Positions 26,927 through 41,960 of a DNA stretch of 64,000 bases are shown one piece after another (position 1 is the stretch's first letter; each line of letters begins with the position of its first letter). Under the pieces are notes generated by a model. The model did not search any database. It saw nothing but the letters and a program-made list of their open reading frames with translations, and was not told the DNA's origin. Both the position numbers and the translations under genes were made by a program. Source of the stretch: Felis catus (taxonomy: Eukaryota); contig NC_058368.1 in assembly GCF_018350175.1 (NCBI RefSeq), positions 22,756,001 to 22,820,000 of the forward strand, written 5' to 3'.

Positions 26927-28009
26927 TGTATTAGTTTGTTAGGGCTGCCTTTAAAAAGTACCACAAACTGGGTGGCTTGAAGCAATAGAAATTTATTCTT
27001 TAATAGCTCTGGAGACTACAAGTCTGCAGTTAAGGCATCAGCAGGGCCATGCTTTCTGAAGGCTCTAGGGAAGAAGCCTGCCTTCCTTCTTCCCAGCTTC
27101 TGGTGGCTCCTGGCAATCTTTGGTGTTCCTGGACCTGTAGCTGGATTGCTTCAGTCTCTGCCTCCATGGTTCACATGGGCTTCTTCACTATGTGTCTTCA
27201 CATGGTGTGATGCTGAATTTTATGTGTTAGCTTGAGTGGGCCACTGGTGCCCAGATTAAACATTGCTCCTGCGTGTGTCTCTGAGGGTGTTACCTCACAG
27301 AAGAGAATAGCGTTTGAATTGTTGAGCTCAGTAAATGGTTTGCCCTCCCTGGTGTGGGTGAGCATCAACCAATCTGAAGGGGCTGAAGAGAACAAAAGAT
27401 AGAGGAAGGAACAAAAGGTAGTGGAACCCTCATGAATGGGATTGCTGCTTTATAAAAGGCGCTTCAGAGAGATCCCTAACCCTTTCATCCTGTGAAGAAA
27501 CAGGGAGAAGGCAATGGCTATGAAGCAGGAAGGGGGCCTTCGTCAGAACATGAGCACTTTGGTGCCTTGATCTTGGATTTCCAACTGCAGAACTGTGAAA
27601 AGTAAACTTTTGTTTTTTATAAGCCACCCAGTCTGGCATGCACTAAGACTCTCCAGTACCTCAGAAGGTGACCTTATTTGGAAATGGGGTCATTGCGATG
27701 CATTTGGTTTCGTTACGGTGAGGTCATTATGGTAAGCCCTAATCCAGTCTGACTGGTGAGGGGAAATTTGGGCCCAGAGGCAGACATGTATAGAGGGAAG
27801 ATGATGTAAAGATACAGGGAGAAGATGGCCATCTACAAGCCCAAGACAGAGATCTACATCCTTCCCTTGCAGTCCTCAGGAGGAACTAAACTAGTAGACA
27901 CTTCGATTTTGAACTTCTAGCCTCCAGAACTGTGAGAAAATAAATTTCTTTTGTGTAAGCCACTCGGTCTGTGGTACTTTGTTACAGCAGCCCTAGCAAA
28001 TGAATGCAC
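26927..28009. mobile_element. Cluster of LTR fragments: MLT1-like (-, ~26927-27200), MLT2-like (+, ~27207-27410), two MLT1-like (+, ~27420-27640 and ~27650-28009)
   Basis: MaLR motifs 'aagccacccagtctgg' and 'gcagccctagcaaa' and the reverse complement 'tgtattagtttgttagggctgc'; MLT2-like start 'tgtgatgctgaattttatgtg'. Confidence 0.75.
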
Positions 28010-28531
28010 ACTTTGTGGGTATATCTTCCTATCTCCAAACCTGAGTGGGGGGATGAGAGAAGCCGCTAACTGCTCAACTGGTGGTCAGAATGGACCCATG
28101 AACCGGCACTTCTGGGTCGTTTCCTTGGTCACCTTCAGCATTGTTCTTTTCCAAGGACACTTTTTGTTAAGACTTAGGCATCTGATGAAATAGCAGTGCT
28201 GTCTCTCTGTTCTTCCTGCCTTTACAACCAGCCTAGTTTCCAGAGCTACATTTAAGACCTAGCCAATGCTGAAAATACTTGCTAGCCATTCGGCCTCCCA
28301 GAAGTCAGTCAGGACGATTCCTGTGGCCTTGAGGAAAATTAGTAGGTGAGATCTGATCCCACCTGGAGTCTCTGTCTCTTGGTGGCTGTGAGAGCAGGAC
28401 TGAAGCACTGGGTTTGTAGAGGCATTTCCTGTAGCTATAAAGGGTCTCTCAAAAAGAGAGCCGTCCCTGCCTGAACTGGTGCTGACTCTTCTACAGAATT
28501 AGAAGGGGAAGGAAAAAAAAGTATTTTTTAA

Positions 28532-28798
<267 letters not shown>

Positions 28799-28927
28799 TG
28801 AGGAATTAAGGTTAAGAAGAAAGCATGAGAGTACATTCTTACTTGTTACATAATGTTATACAATGAAGCAGTAATTACAGGTTTGTCAGAAATAGAGGTG
28901 CTTGAACTAACAGTCGTTTTCCCACAG

Positions 28928-29078
28928 ATTTTTGTGCTTGGCACAAACTGCTGTGGCTGTTTGGGATTAGGTGACGTCCAGAGCACCATTGAACCTCGGA
29001 GACTGGATTCTTTAAGTGGCAAAAAAATAGCCTGCCTCAGCTATGGGAGTGGCCCCCATATTGTCCTTGCCACAACAG
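28928..29078 (+). CDS. RCBTB2: RCBTB2 coding exon 3: IFVLGTNCCGCLGLGD...GPHIVLATT
   Basis: cccacag| ... CAG|gtaacc; 151 nt; RCC1 repeat. Confidence 0.97.
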
Positions 29079-29689
29079 GTAACCTAGGATCACAGTGTAG
29101 AGGTTTAGCCATTGCCTTATTTGTTGAGAAACAAGATTTGGGACCACCCGTTAAATCGAAAACATACTTCTTGATTGGGTAGGAGTTTCCGGCTCTGTCC
29201 TGTGAACTTGACTGTGCTTTGGACAATGTGAAATATGAACATGTCTGAGTATCAGAGTAAGTTAATGGAGCAGATGGAATCTAGCAGTTACTGGCACTTT
29301 CGATGTGAGAATGACAGTGCTATAAGCCCAGTAAACCCCTTTTGTTTACACTTCATAAGTTTAATTATTTTGCATTAAAATTAACTCACTCTGGACTTTT
29401 TGAACTTGAGATCTCTGATCTATGAACTAAGACACTGAAGCTAAGTCCAAGATGTTCTCTGACTCCTAGCACACTGGGATTCTTACCATGGCTGAAATAT
29501 AATTACCATGAATAATAGACTGATGGCTATTTCATGAATTCAGACTAATAAGACATTATAATTAAATCATACCTTAGACTTTTCTTAAGCTAGGTGTTCA
29601 TTTCATTAGTATTCTTTGAATTGAAAATAAAGTTTATAAATACTGTGTTGTATACTTATTTCACATAAATTTTAGGGAATTTTGGTTGC

Positions 29690-30900
29690 CAGTAATAGGC
29701 TAGATTATTTGGACCACTTCTTCACTGGAAACAACTAAAAATTCTAGATAAAATATTTAATTTTTTTCCATAGAGGCATCAAAGCACTAACAAGGCAGAG
29801 AGGAATTACTGGATCGGATTCAAGAGAAAGTATGAACTAAGGTTAAAGGGGAACTTAAAGCTAGTTTTGCCTTAAGGGCATCTGCTTCCCCACCTAAATG
29901 AGTTGTGGTTTGATGTACTCACAAGGTGAAGGGGTCATGGGTCAGACACCTAGCCCATTAGGCTAGGAACACCAAAGGCTAGGCTCTGGGGGCAAGAATG
30001 GGCCAGCTCTTCCATCTCTAAGGCACTGAACAGAAGAATCCTTGCCTGTGAGAAAAGCAAGGAGGAAAAAAGAAAGAAAGAAAACCTCTCCCTGAAGGGT
30101 TGTAATCATGGATTTGTATTCCAATTCACATCAGACTGGTAGTCCAAGAAATCTCAAGCCTTGGATTTATTAAAGAAGTACCTTTAAGCGCCTTAGTGGC
30201 ATGACAGAAGTTAATGTGGATTCTTTCTAGAGGAAGGCACCTTCACTTCATCCTAGGCCTGAAGAAATATAATGCCATTGCAAAATGAGTTTTCAATGGC
30301 AATTAGCAGCACATAGTAAAAGATAACCAGGTACACAAGGGAACGAGGCACCATGAATGAGAACCAGCAAAAAAGATAGCAAACACTGAATACTAAGTAT
30401 CAGCTATTACCAGGTACAAGATGACTATATTTATTATGTTTGAAAAAATAAAAAACCAGCTTGAAGACCTGCAGAGATCAAAGAGGATTTGAAAAAGAAT
30501 GAAATAAACAATATAATTAACAAAATGAAAACTCCTTGGGCAAGTTTAATAGCAGTTTGGGCATATCAAAAGATAAAATTAGTAAACTGGAAGATCAGAA
30601 GAAATTATCTGGCATGTAGCACCCAGAGATAATATGGTAGAAAATACAAGCACAAGGAGTATATACTGTGTGGTTCCATTTATTTACAGTTCAAAAACAG
30701 GAAAAACTAAATTCTCTTATTGTGGATTATATATGGGGCGCTTTTGGAGTGATCATAAGGTTATATTTCTTGACCTGAGTGGTGGTACATGGGTGTGTGC
30801 TTTATAATTATTTATAAAACTGCATATATATCTTATGAACTTTTCTGAATATATATTATACCACATAAGAAATAATATATAACAAATATTTTAAAAATTA
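29690..30900 (+). mobile_element. Ancient L1M-type remnants
   Basis: A-rich ORF1-like segment (30280-30650) followed by an L1ME/MD-like 3'UTR ('atatactgtgtggttccatttatttacagttcaaaaacagg'). Confidence 0.55.
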
Positions 30901-31212
30901 ACTTGATCATTTTATAGATAAGAAAATAGGCCCAGGGAAATTAAATGACCTACAGTCTCTTGACTTTCAATCTGATGTTTTCTCCTATTATTCTTAGTAG
31001 CATTTCTCTGCTGTTTATTTACAACCTATCTGCCAGCTATTTTAACTCATCCATTTAAATTTCATCTTGTTGCTTTGAGATAGAGTATCTCAAATTTTCC
31101 AAGTGTATTATCTTATAGAATGAGTTTGGTGGGATAGGGAAGTCAATTATCATTTGCACATGAATTTTTAGTTTTCATTTGTAGAAGGATGCAATATATG
31201 TTCATATAATAA

Positions 31213-31461
<249 letters not shown>

Positions 31462-31947
31462 TAAGATTATATGGATTGTTACAGCCATCTTGGAAACATG
31501 GTCATTTGATTAAAATAACCACCTCCCTCAAATTCAACCTTATTCTTGTTAGCAGTTCATAATCATGGTGGTTACATCATTAAGTGTACCTTTATGTAGT
31601 AAGGATTTCTATAACTGCAGAATTTAAAAGGTTGTAATGTTCTTTCTATATTGCTATATACTCAAGGGTTTTGTTTGCAAAAAGAAAAGCCCTAAAATGC
31701 TGGAAAATATGGCTGAAGCCAAGTAGATATTTTGATAAATATTATATATTTGATGATCATTATTGTTATTTGTACAGATAATACCAATAACCTAATTTTA
31801 TAAAGTATTGTAAATTTTGTAAGAATGAATTTTACAAAAACTTCTCTGCCTATGTTGTGAGAATTTATGGATATCAAGCATTTTGAAAACAAAGATGAGG
31901 CATTATGAGTACATGTTAATTTCTAATTGAGATACTTTGTAAGTTAA

Positions 31948-32464
<517 letters not shown>

Positions 32465-32999
32465 TGATGTTTTCTTTATTGAACTAAAAACTAAAGCTCT
32501 GTTTCCCTAAGTAAAGTTGTAGATGTTCATCAGGAAATTATGTTTCTAGGCCACTCTCATACATAGCTGTTGGAATGTAAATTGTTACAGTCTTTTCCAA
32601 GGAAACTTTGGCAGCATATATCAAGAGCCTTGAAAATATTCATACCCTTTGTTCTGTAATTTTCTTCCGGGGATATTTAAGGAACAAAAAAGAAAGACGC
32701 AGGATTAGTGGAGAAGATATAGCAAAAGCGGAAGGAAGCAAGGGAGGGAGGGAGGGAGGGAGGATAAAGAGGGAAAGAAAGAAAAGAAAAAAATATCAAC
32801 TTTAATAAATAACATAAATAATAGATATAGTATAATTTAATCAAATAATGTTAGTGATTAAATAAATTATACAAAATCTACATGAATGGAAATGATGCTT
32901 ACAAAGGATTTTTAATGATATGGAAATAGTGCTATGTGATGTTATATAAAAATGAAGATACAGACATGGTGCATGGAGACATGGTACATATTTCTGTAC

Positions 33000-33005
<6 letters not shown>

Positions 33006-33044
<39 letters not shown>
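33006..33044 (+). repeat. (TG)n dinucleotide microsatellite
   Basis: About 19 perfect units, direct reading. Confidence 0.97.
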
Positions 33045-33047
<3 letters not shown>

Positions 33048-33434
33048 GAAAAAAATCCTGATCTTGAGATTACTTTCATATTTATACTTTTTTTATGGTA
33101 GTCCACATTAAACATGTTTTACTTTTACAATAAAAAAGGAAAGTAATTCTTAAAAAATAAAAGTGTATTTCATATTCACTTCACACCCCTTGATCTCTGT
33201 GAGCATAATGAATGCCATATGAAAGCTGAATAAACCAGACTCATGTCACTGAAGGAAATCATGTTGATCTTAACGGCCATTTTGGCCACATGTGGGCTGA
33301 GCTAGTTCTGGAGTAATACGGGTTACCTCAATGTTGGTCTCTCTGGGTAGGCTGCCTCTTTTTCTTCTTCTTCTTCTTCTTTTTTTTTTTTTTTTTTTTT
33401 TTTTTACATCTTTGATTCTTAACCTATCTCGTGA

Positions 33435-33623
<189 letters not shown>

Positions 33624-36600
33624 TAATATGTGCATTTTCAAAACAACTTGCATGTTCTTTAGTGATTAAACAGAACTTGGACGTGATACAGAATTGTGGG
33701 GAAACTTACTGCTAATATTAGAATAGTCTTTCACCAGAGCATTCATTCCTCTTTAAAATTGGCTTTTGAACCCTTGGGGAGTTTGTATGTTAAATACTCT
33801 ACTTTCATTTACCCCTATTTCAGCTACTGTGCACAAACAACAAGGACTAAGCCTCCCACAGCTGTTCTACATTATTCCTCTCCCTCACAAATTACCTTTT
33901 CCTCCTCCTTGTTTTCTGTTTTACATTAAGAGGAAGTTGATGATGCTTGAGGTTGATTTTCTGTGGCTTAGAAAAACAAAAGTACCTCAGATAGATTATA
34001 AAGCCATTCACTCAGCTATGTGTAAAATTTGCCAGTTGAAAGGATAAGACCATCTCATGATTTTAGTTCCCAAGCTATCACTATGAGGCAGAGTATAGTG
34101 GTTAGAAAATTAAGACTTAGTTTTGCCCACTTGTTTGCAAGGTTGTGTCAAGTAATTAACATATCCAAAATTTTCTTCCAGTTATCCTACTACTTTTGAA
34201 AGCCCTTTGAATGTCTCAAACATGGCTATAGCACTGCCTTTTCACTCTTATCTCTTGACACGTAGTATAGGACAAAAATATTCATTGTTGTGTCTGTTAA
34301 ACCAGGTTTATAATCATTGTAGGAATGAATACTGCTATTTTCATTTTTGTACATACTAAGTTTTGTTATATCTGATTTTAAAGTAAGCATATGGATATAT
34401 AGATTATCTTGCATTTGTATGCAATTCTTTCATATTTTCCTGTTGGAATATTTAACAATAAAAGTGAAGAACCAAATTGTCATTTTCAACCCCCTTGATT
34501 TTCATGTGAGTATTATAAACCTGGCTAATTTTGTTTAACCTATGTTAAATAGGTTTTAAAAAAAACCCTATTTTTGGTTTTTTTCCCCCAAAATCTTAGA
34601 ATAAGAACCTGGACCTCATAAGGATTGGGGAGAAGGAGAGGGAATGGAGGTCAGGAACTGGTGGGAATGTACTAGATGTGTGCAGCCATGCCATTGCCAC
34701 CCCCGTTTAGGTAGTTCAGAGCTCCTCAGTGAAAAGAGAAGGGACAGTCTTGAGGCTTTGAGCAATCACGAAAATGCTTCAGTTTAGCACATCGGGTCAG
34801 TAGGGACATTTAGTATTTAGACAAACAGTAAAGTGTTAAAGGATCAAATAAAGGATCAAATCAAAACAACATGTTTGTATAGTACTTTACCATTTTTATG
34901 GTGCTGTCACACTTTCTGTAAATTTGAACTCCTCTGTCCCTGGACTTCCCAAATCCACTACTGTCTGCCCACCAGCAGCTTGCCCCACATTGCTCTGCTG
35001 GTCCCTGGTTGTCCCAGGATGAGCACCAGGTCTTCCCACTCCCATCATGCTAGGCCAGAAAGAGTGTAGGACAGCTTGGGGAAGAAGGAAAAAGAGGCAG
35101 AAAAGGAGGGCAGGGGAGTTATGTTGAGTGCCAACTCCTTACGTGGTACTTGAGAGTATTGCTTGTTTATTTTAAAAACTTAAGGTTTAAAAAAAACTTA
35201 ACTTTTTTCAAATTTTGAATTATAAATGCAAAAAAAGTGGAAATAGCTCCACACTTGCACACTTGCTGTTGTCCATGTAGTCATTATTTGGGCTACAGAA
35301 ATCATGGCTGAATGTTTTGAATGCAATATTCCTACTTTTCTGTTTTCCATGCCTGAATTCACTGTGGTAACCCCTGAGCTTGCAGGCTCTCCATCACACC
35401 AATATTGCGAGGGAGGAATTTGTAAGTCTGCTGGGACTTGTTTTGCACGTACCCACCCTTTTCAGCGACTGAAATTTGCAGATATGTTATGACTTATCTC
35501 TCAAGAACTCACTTCTGACTCTTGGGGCCCATTTCAGGGAAGTTTGACTAATTAGAAACAAAAGGATTGAATGTAGGGTGGGGTGGATCTTCAGGTCCTG
35601 GTTACCTGTTCACAGAAGTGGAAAGTGAAAATCTGTGTACATTGGATCCTTTGCTGAAACGACAACCCAAGGAAAACCTTTTAAAATTTTTTCCCACAGA
35701 GATCTATGATGAAGAATGCTAATGACATTTGTTAGCAATTTATATTCACATAAAAGTAATTTTAATGACTAAAGTAATTCTCTTCTCTCTAACCCAGTCA
35801 TTCCCAATCTTTCTGAAGTCTCAGTACTTTGATTTACCAGCATTTATCTTTGTTCTTAAAGTTCCATAAAAGCATAGTTGAAGTTAAATTGATTTAAAGC
35901 TAACTTTGCCTTGAATTTTTGTGAATTTTGTGACACCTTGATAATTGGTAGTATGTTGGCCTCTTACAAAACCAGGCTTGGGAATTACTGCTCTGGATCT
36001 TTTTATTATTACTATTTCTTCTTCATTCTTCTTCTGTCTCACAAATTGCCTTTTTTCCTCTCCTCATTGTTTTCTGTTTTATATTCTTCCTCACTCTCTG
36101 CTTTTTCATTTCTAGTACTTCACAGCCATTAAGCTGCAGTCGTTGGGGATCATTCCATTGAGGTGACACAAAACTCATTTATTATGAATGTCTAGTACTT
36201 TTTTTTTTCATTAAGCATGGCTACAAAATAAAATGTGAAATATGCCAGACATTCTGACAGTAAAGTTTAGCTCAGTTTATAGTCATCGTCTGTTGCATAT
36301 TAGACTGGAAAATCTGAGCTTCAGAATTTTGCTTCTTGGTATGAATCAGATTTAAGAACAGATGACCTTAGGCAACAGCTGGATGCGTTGGCAGTTGGTT
36401 GGGTCCCAAGCTTAGACTTGAAGGTTCCCTCTAAACTTTCTTCACTCTTGTTCCTGTAGCAGCTGCTGCCGTCAGCCAAGCCCGTGCCCCACCCCTGACT
36501 TCCCGTGTGCTGCTAGGTGTTCCAGGTAAACTTCACGAGGCCATGTTAAGGGAAGGCCACTGCTCCACAGCCTTCTGCATCTTGACCCCTGTGCTGTGTC

Positions 36601-39213
36601 TGTTCCAGCCTTCCTCCACCAAGCAGTGTTCCCTCCTCCTGTAAAGGCAAAGGCTACTTCCTTTCCACGGAGGCTAGTAAAGATATTTCAGAAGTGAATG
36701 CAGGAATTAAATTATTTTGGTTTTCTGATGTTGGGTAGTAGAGCCCAGAAGGACACTGTTATGTTCCCATCAGTTACATTTTTCATAGAACATCATCAGG
36801 GAAGAGAGAGGCTATCTGTGATTTTAAGTGGTTTCCCAGAGTTCCTGCAGCCACTGGTAAACACTTCAGTCACCAGAAGAAACTGTTTTGAGTGTGCACT
36901 CTGCTGTAGCTGATTTCATTTACTCACAAGGCTGTGAAAGGATTGCTACCTGGATTCTGCTCTCCTCACTTTTTTTTTTAAGATGATAAAATAGATGATA
37001 AGTGTTTTAAGTACCTTGGCCTCCATAGGCTGCTGTCTGGCCCTCAGCCCTGTGCCCTGCCCCTCGCACCAAGCCATGTAAAATGAAGTGTGTTGCTGCC
37101 CTCACATTTGGTGTAATGTGTGAGGCTGGATGGCCTTTTCTTTGAACAGATGCCTTTTCTTTGAACAAATGCATTTATTCCATTTCCTTGCCTTTTCTTT
37201 ATTGAGAAGGATATGCTTATTGAGAAGCCAAATAGGATTGGCAATATTCCCTGTGTGGGCAAGGAAGATTCTTTTGTAAAAAGCACATATTAGAGGTTTG
37301 GGCCCATTCACTGACGTGACCATGCAAATAGGGAAGGTCTCACTGTCTGAATTGATCATTGGAAATATAGTCTCTGTGTGAGGGAGGCTTTGTCACTTAA
37401 AATGCCAAGAAGTAGTAAACTGTTAAGCCTCTACTGCTGGCTACTATTTGTACACCAGACTCTGTGCTTGGTGTTTGACATTTTATCATTTAATTTGTAT
37501 ACATACAAATTAGCTTTATTTGTAATTAATTAGCAATTAGCTTGCAACGTGATGGAACAGAGGCTCGGGAACATTTACGCCGTCACACAGCCTAGTGGTA
37601 GAGCTAGGATGTGGCCCTCGGTGTGATTGACCCCAGCATCCAGGCTCTCCACTGTGGTACAGCATAGCTTCTTGTGTAGTACTCCCATCTTCAAGAGCTA
37701 AGAGCTGCCCTTGAATGAATCCCTGAAATGATTGGGACCGCACATGAAAACAGTACACCTCAGCCTTCTGAGGCAAGCCACCACGGCAGTGTTCAGCTTG
37801 CATGATGACCATCTTCCCTTCTTGTCTGGGAAACGGCCAATTAAAAGAGGCAGTGGAGGGATGTCTCCACCCTCCAATTGCTAGGCTGTCAATGGGGTCT
37901 TCCCATCCCTCAGTCGCTCTGTGTTGTTCTGTCCTTCCCAGTTAGTCAATAAAATAACCTAAAAATTGTGCTTAATCAGACACCTTACTGGGGAGAGAAA
38001 GACACTTGGAGAGAGAGAAATAAGCCAGTGATTTAGCCTGCCAGGAACTTGTAATCTAGCAGAGTAGGTGAGACATACCTCCCTGAGAAGTTAAGGGCCA
38101 GGCTGGAATGGTGTGGATGGGATGAATGGCAAGAGTGCAGGTGAGCAAGAGACCTCTTCCTCTGGGGCCATTTGAGCTGAGCCTTGGAAGATGGGCAGGA
38201 TTTCTAAGGCAGAGAGAAAGGAAAGAGCATTCCTGCACAATAACTTTGTGAAGAAAAATGTTGAGGGGCAGTGAGTACATCTGTTTGTTGGAACATAGGG
38301 TATGTAGGTAAATGTGATTTGAAAGAGGATTGGATACAGGCGCAAGACAAATTATGGAAGGTCTTGATGTCACACATATGGATTTTATCTTGTGGGAAGC
38401 CACAAAAGGTTTGAGAGTACTGACGAGGATGCTGTTTTCAGAGGATTGTTAACCTGCCAGCCTTGTGTGATCTGGATCGGAAAAGAGAGAGAGTCTAAGG
38501 CATGGAGACCACGGAGGCTGTTGCTTTGGAGTCAGATATGGGCTGGTGGTGGCAGATGGGAGAAATTATCAAAGAGAGAATCTATGTTATTTGTCAGTTG
38601 GATATTCTGAAAAAAGTGAGGAGGGAGAAGTCAAAGATGACTCTGAAGCTCTGAGCCTAAGTCACTGAGGATCTTGGTGCCACTGCCTGCTGTGGGCAAC
38701 ATCAAGATGGCAACCTCACTTTGGGTAAAATAGTTTACTCTCTTTTGTGAATCTGTACAGTGGCTTATTCTTAGAGAAAGTTAATTATTTCTAAATCAAC
38801 AAAAACAGGGCTTTCTATTAGGAAGTATTCTGAGAACTACCTCCCTGGCAATTGTGAACTTATCAGAAAACTGCTCTCTTGGGCTCTCAAAGATAGAGTC
38901 CTATGAGTTAGAATTACTGACCTTACTGTTTGCAGTGTGGATTGGGGTGGCCCACAGCATGCTGCATCTAACACTAAAACTGGTAAAGTTTTAATGAAAA
39001 TATTTCTTGATACTGGATCAAGACCTGGGTTAAGTAGCCCAAGTCTTTATCACTGTTTTGTTTGTTTTGGCCTTTACCCTTGGATTGTTTTTGCATTTCA
39101 CAACGGGACAGTATATATTTTTGTAGGCCTACGGGCTGGAAGTGGTAAGGTAGATCTTTATTAGTTGTGCCATTGAAGGATAGCTTAAACCTAAATAACT
39201 GTTTCGTGCCTGA

Positions 39214-39627
<414 letters not shown>

Positions 39628-40000
39628 TGAAAGGAAACTAATTTGATGGATTAATTTTTCTTGAAAGTATCAGAAACCAGGATCACATACTAAATTAAAA
39701 GCTATTTCATTTGACTGCTTTTTAGTGTTCCTGAAAAACTATTCTCTTTTATTTTTAGCTAGTCTATTTACTCAAACATTCAAAAATTTCATTGAGGGGG
39801 CGGTTTGGGACTTTTTAGTTGTTCTGTCAGGTTTACAAGGAGATGTGTGTGAGGCTCTTACCCTTAATGATTACAGAGACGTGAAAATCTGTATTTAGGG
39901 GAAAGAAAGCATCACTCAGCCATTTATTTCGGGTATTTTCCTGAGTGTCACAAGAGCGGTGTTGTATTCTGGCCTGTATTTCTACTATGTCTGTCCTTAA

Positions 40001-40156
<156 letters not shown>

Positions 40157-41007
40157 TAAGGAGTCATTTATTTTGAGACTTGAAACAAACATATGGTTTT
40201 CTAAGTGTTCACAGAACTAGAGGAGGCACTTCAGTAGTTATGAAAATAACGTAAGGCTGATTTCATCTTTGCAAGCGTGCAGTGCAGCCGGGGAAACACA
40301 GGACACGGGAAACGAGAACCACTGGGGCCTGTGGGGGAGAGAGTAAACGGCTACGGGCTTCCTTAGACACTTTGCGGGTGGTCTGTCCAGCCCGGCGTCA
40401 GAGCGGCTGGCTGCCACCTGGGCTTCCTGCCCAGGACCCTAGCTTCGTCACTTTCCTTGTCAGTTGTGGGACAGTGAACTTTTAGATGCTTGGGAAAAAG
40501 AGAAGGTAAGGCTTCTGCAAGGCAGCAAGGTCTGGGGTAAAATTAACACCGAGATTTTAAAATTCAGATTTATTGAGGCATCATTTTTGAGCAACGAGCT
40601 GCATCCATTTGAAGTGTGCAGTTTGAGGAGCTTTGACATATATTTATGCTGTGGAACCATGGCCCTATATCAAGACATAGAACGTTCCTGTCGTCCCTCC
40701 AAGGTCCCTCATGCATCAGCCCTGGGGCAAGCACTGATTTTCTTTCAGTCACTATAGATTCGTTAGCATTTTCTAGAAATTTATGTTAATGGAATCATAT
40801 AGTCTGTATTCTTTTGTGCCTGGCTTCCTTTTCTTAGCATAATGATTTTAAAAACCATCATGTTGTTGTGTAACATATTTAAATCCTGCTACAATGAATC
40901 ACAAACTCAGTATGGCATTTTAGTCTCAAGTACGCCTCTTTGGTTGTGCTGTCCAACATTCCTTCACTCCTGCTATAGCCCCTAAACCTTCATAAAAGAG
41001 ACAGGGG

Positions 41008-41420
41008 CATTAGTTTGCTAGGGCAGCTGTAACAAAGTGCCATAGACTGAGTGGCTTCAACAACAGCTCTGGAGGCAGAAGTCCAAGATCAAGGTATTGG
41101 CGGGATGCATTCCTCCCAAGGGAGAATTCATGCCTCTCTCCCAGCTTCTGGTGGCTTGCTGGCAATCTTCGGCATTCCTTAGCTTGGGGCATGATTGACC
41201 ACTCCAGTCTTTACGTGGGGTTCTCCCTGTGTGCATGTCTGCATCCAAATTCCCCATTTTTATAAGGACACCCGTCATCTTGGGTTAGTGTCCACCCTGA
41301 TGACCTCATTTTAACTTGATTACCTCTGTAAAGATCCTTTCTCCAATTATTGTTATATTCTAAGGTTAGGGCACCAGCATATGAATTTTGGGTGGAGGGG
41401 CACAATTCAACCCATAGCAG
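41008..41420 (-). mobile_element. MLT1-like (MaLR) solo LTR
   Basis: Runs from 'cattagtttgctagggcagctgtaacaaagtgcca' to 'cacaattcaacccatagca'. Confidence 0.85.
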
Positions 41421-41744
41421 GAGGTAAAGAAACAAAATGACTCAGTTTATGAAAAGAAACCCACCCAATTTCCATAAATGCCACGCTGCGCACGGGGTGC
41501 GGAAATGACACCTCGGAGTCAGCTCCACTACATCCGGTTTGCATCTGCAGCCTCGTCCAGTAAGTGGTGGTCACTACACTTCCAGCCAGCAGAGGAAGCG
41601 AGGGACCAGGATGGGGACACAGAGGTGTGCAGTGTGAGGAGAATCCTGTGCCACGCCGTGTTTTCTTTCTCCTTGTCAGTTCCCCTTGAAGCCCCACAAG
41701 GATGTGTCCCTCAGGAGGGTCGTCTGCTCTCGCCCAGAAGCTAG

Positions 41745-41960
<216 letters not shown>

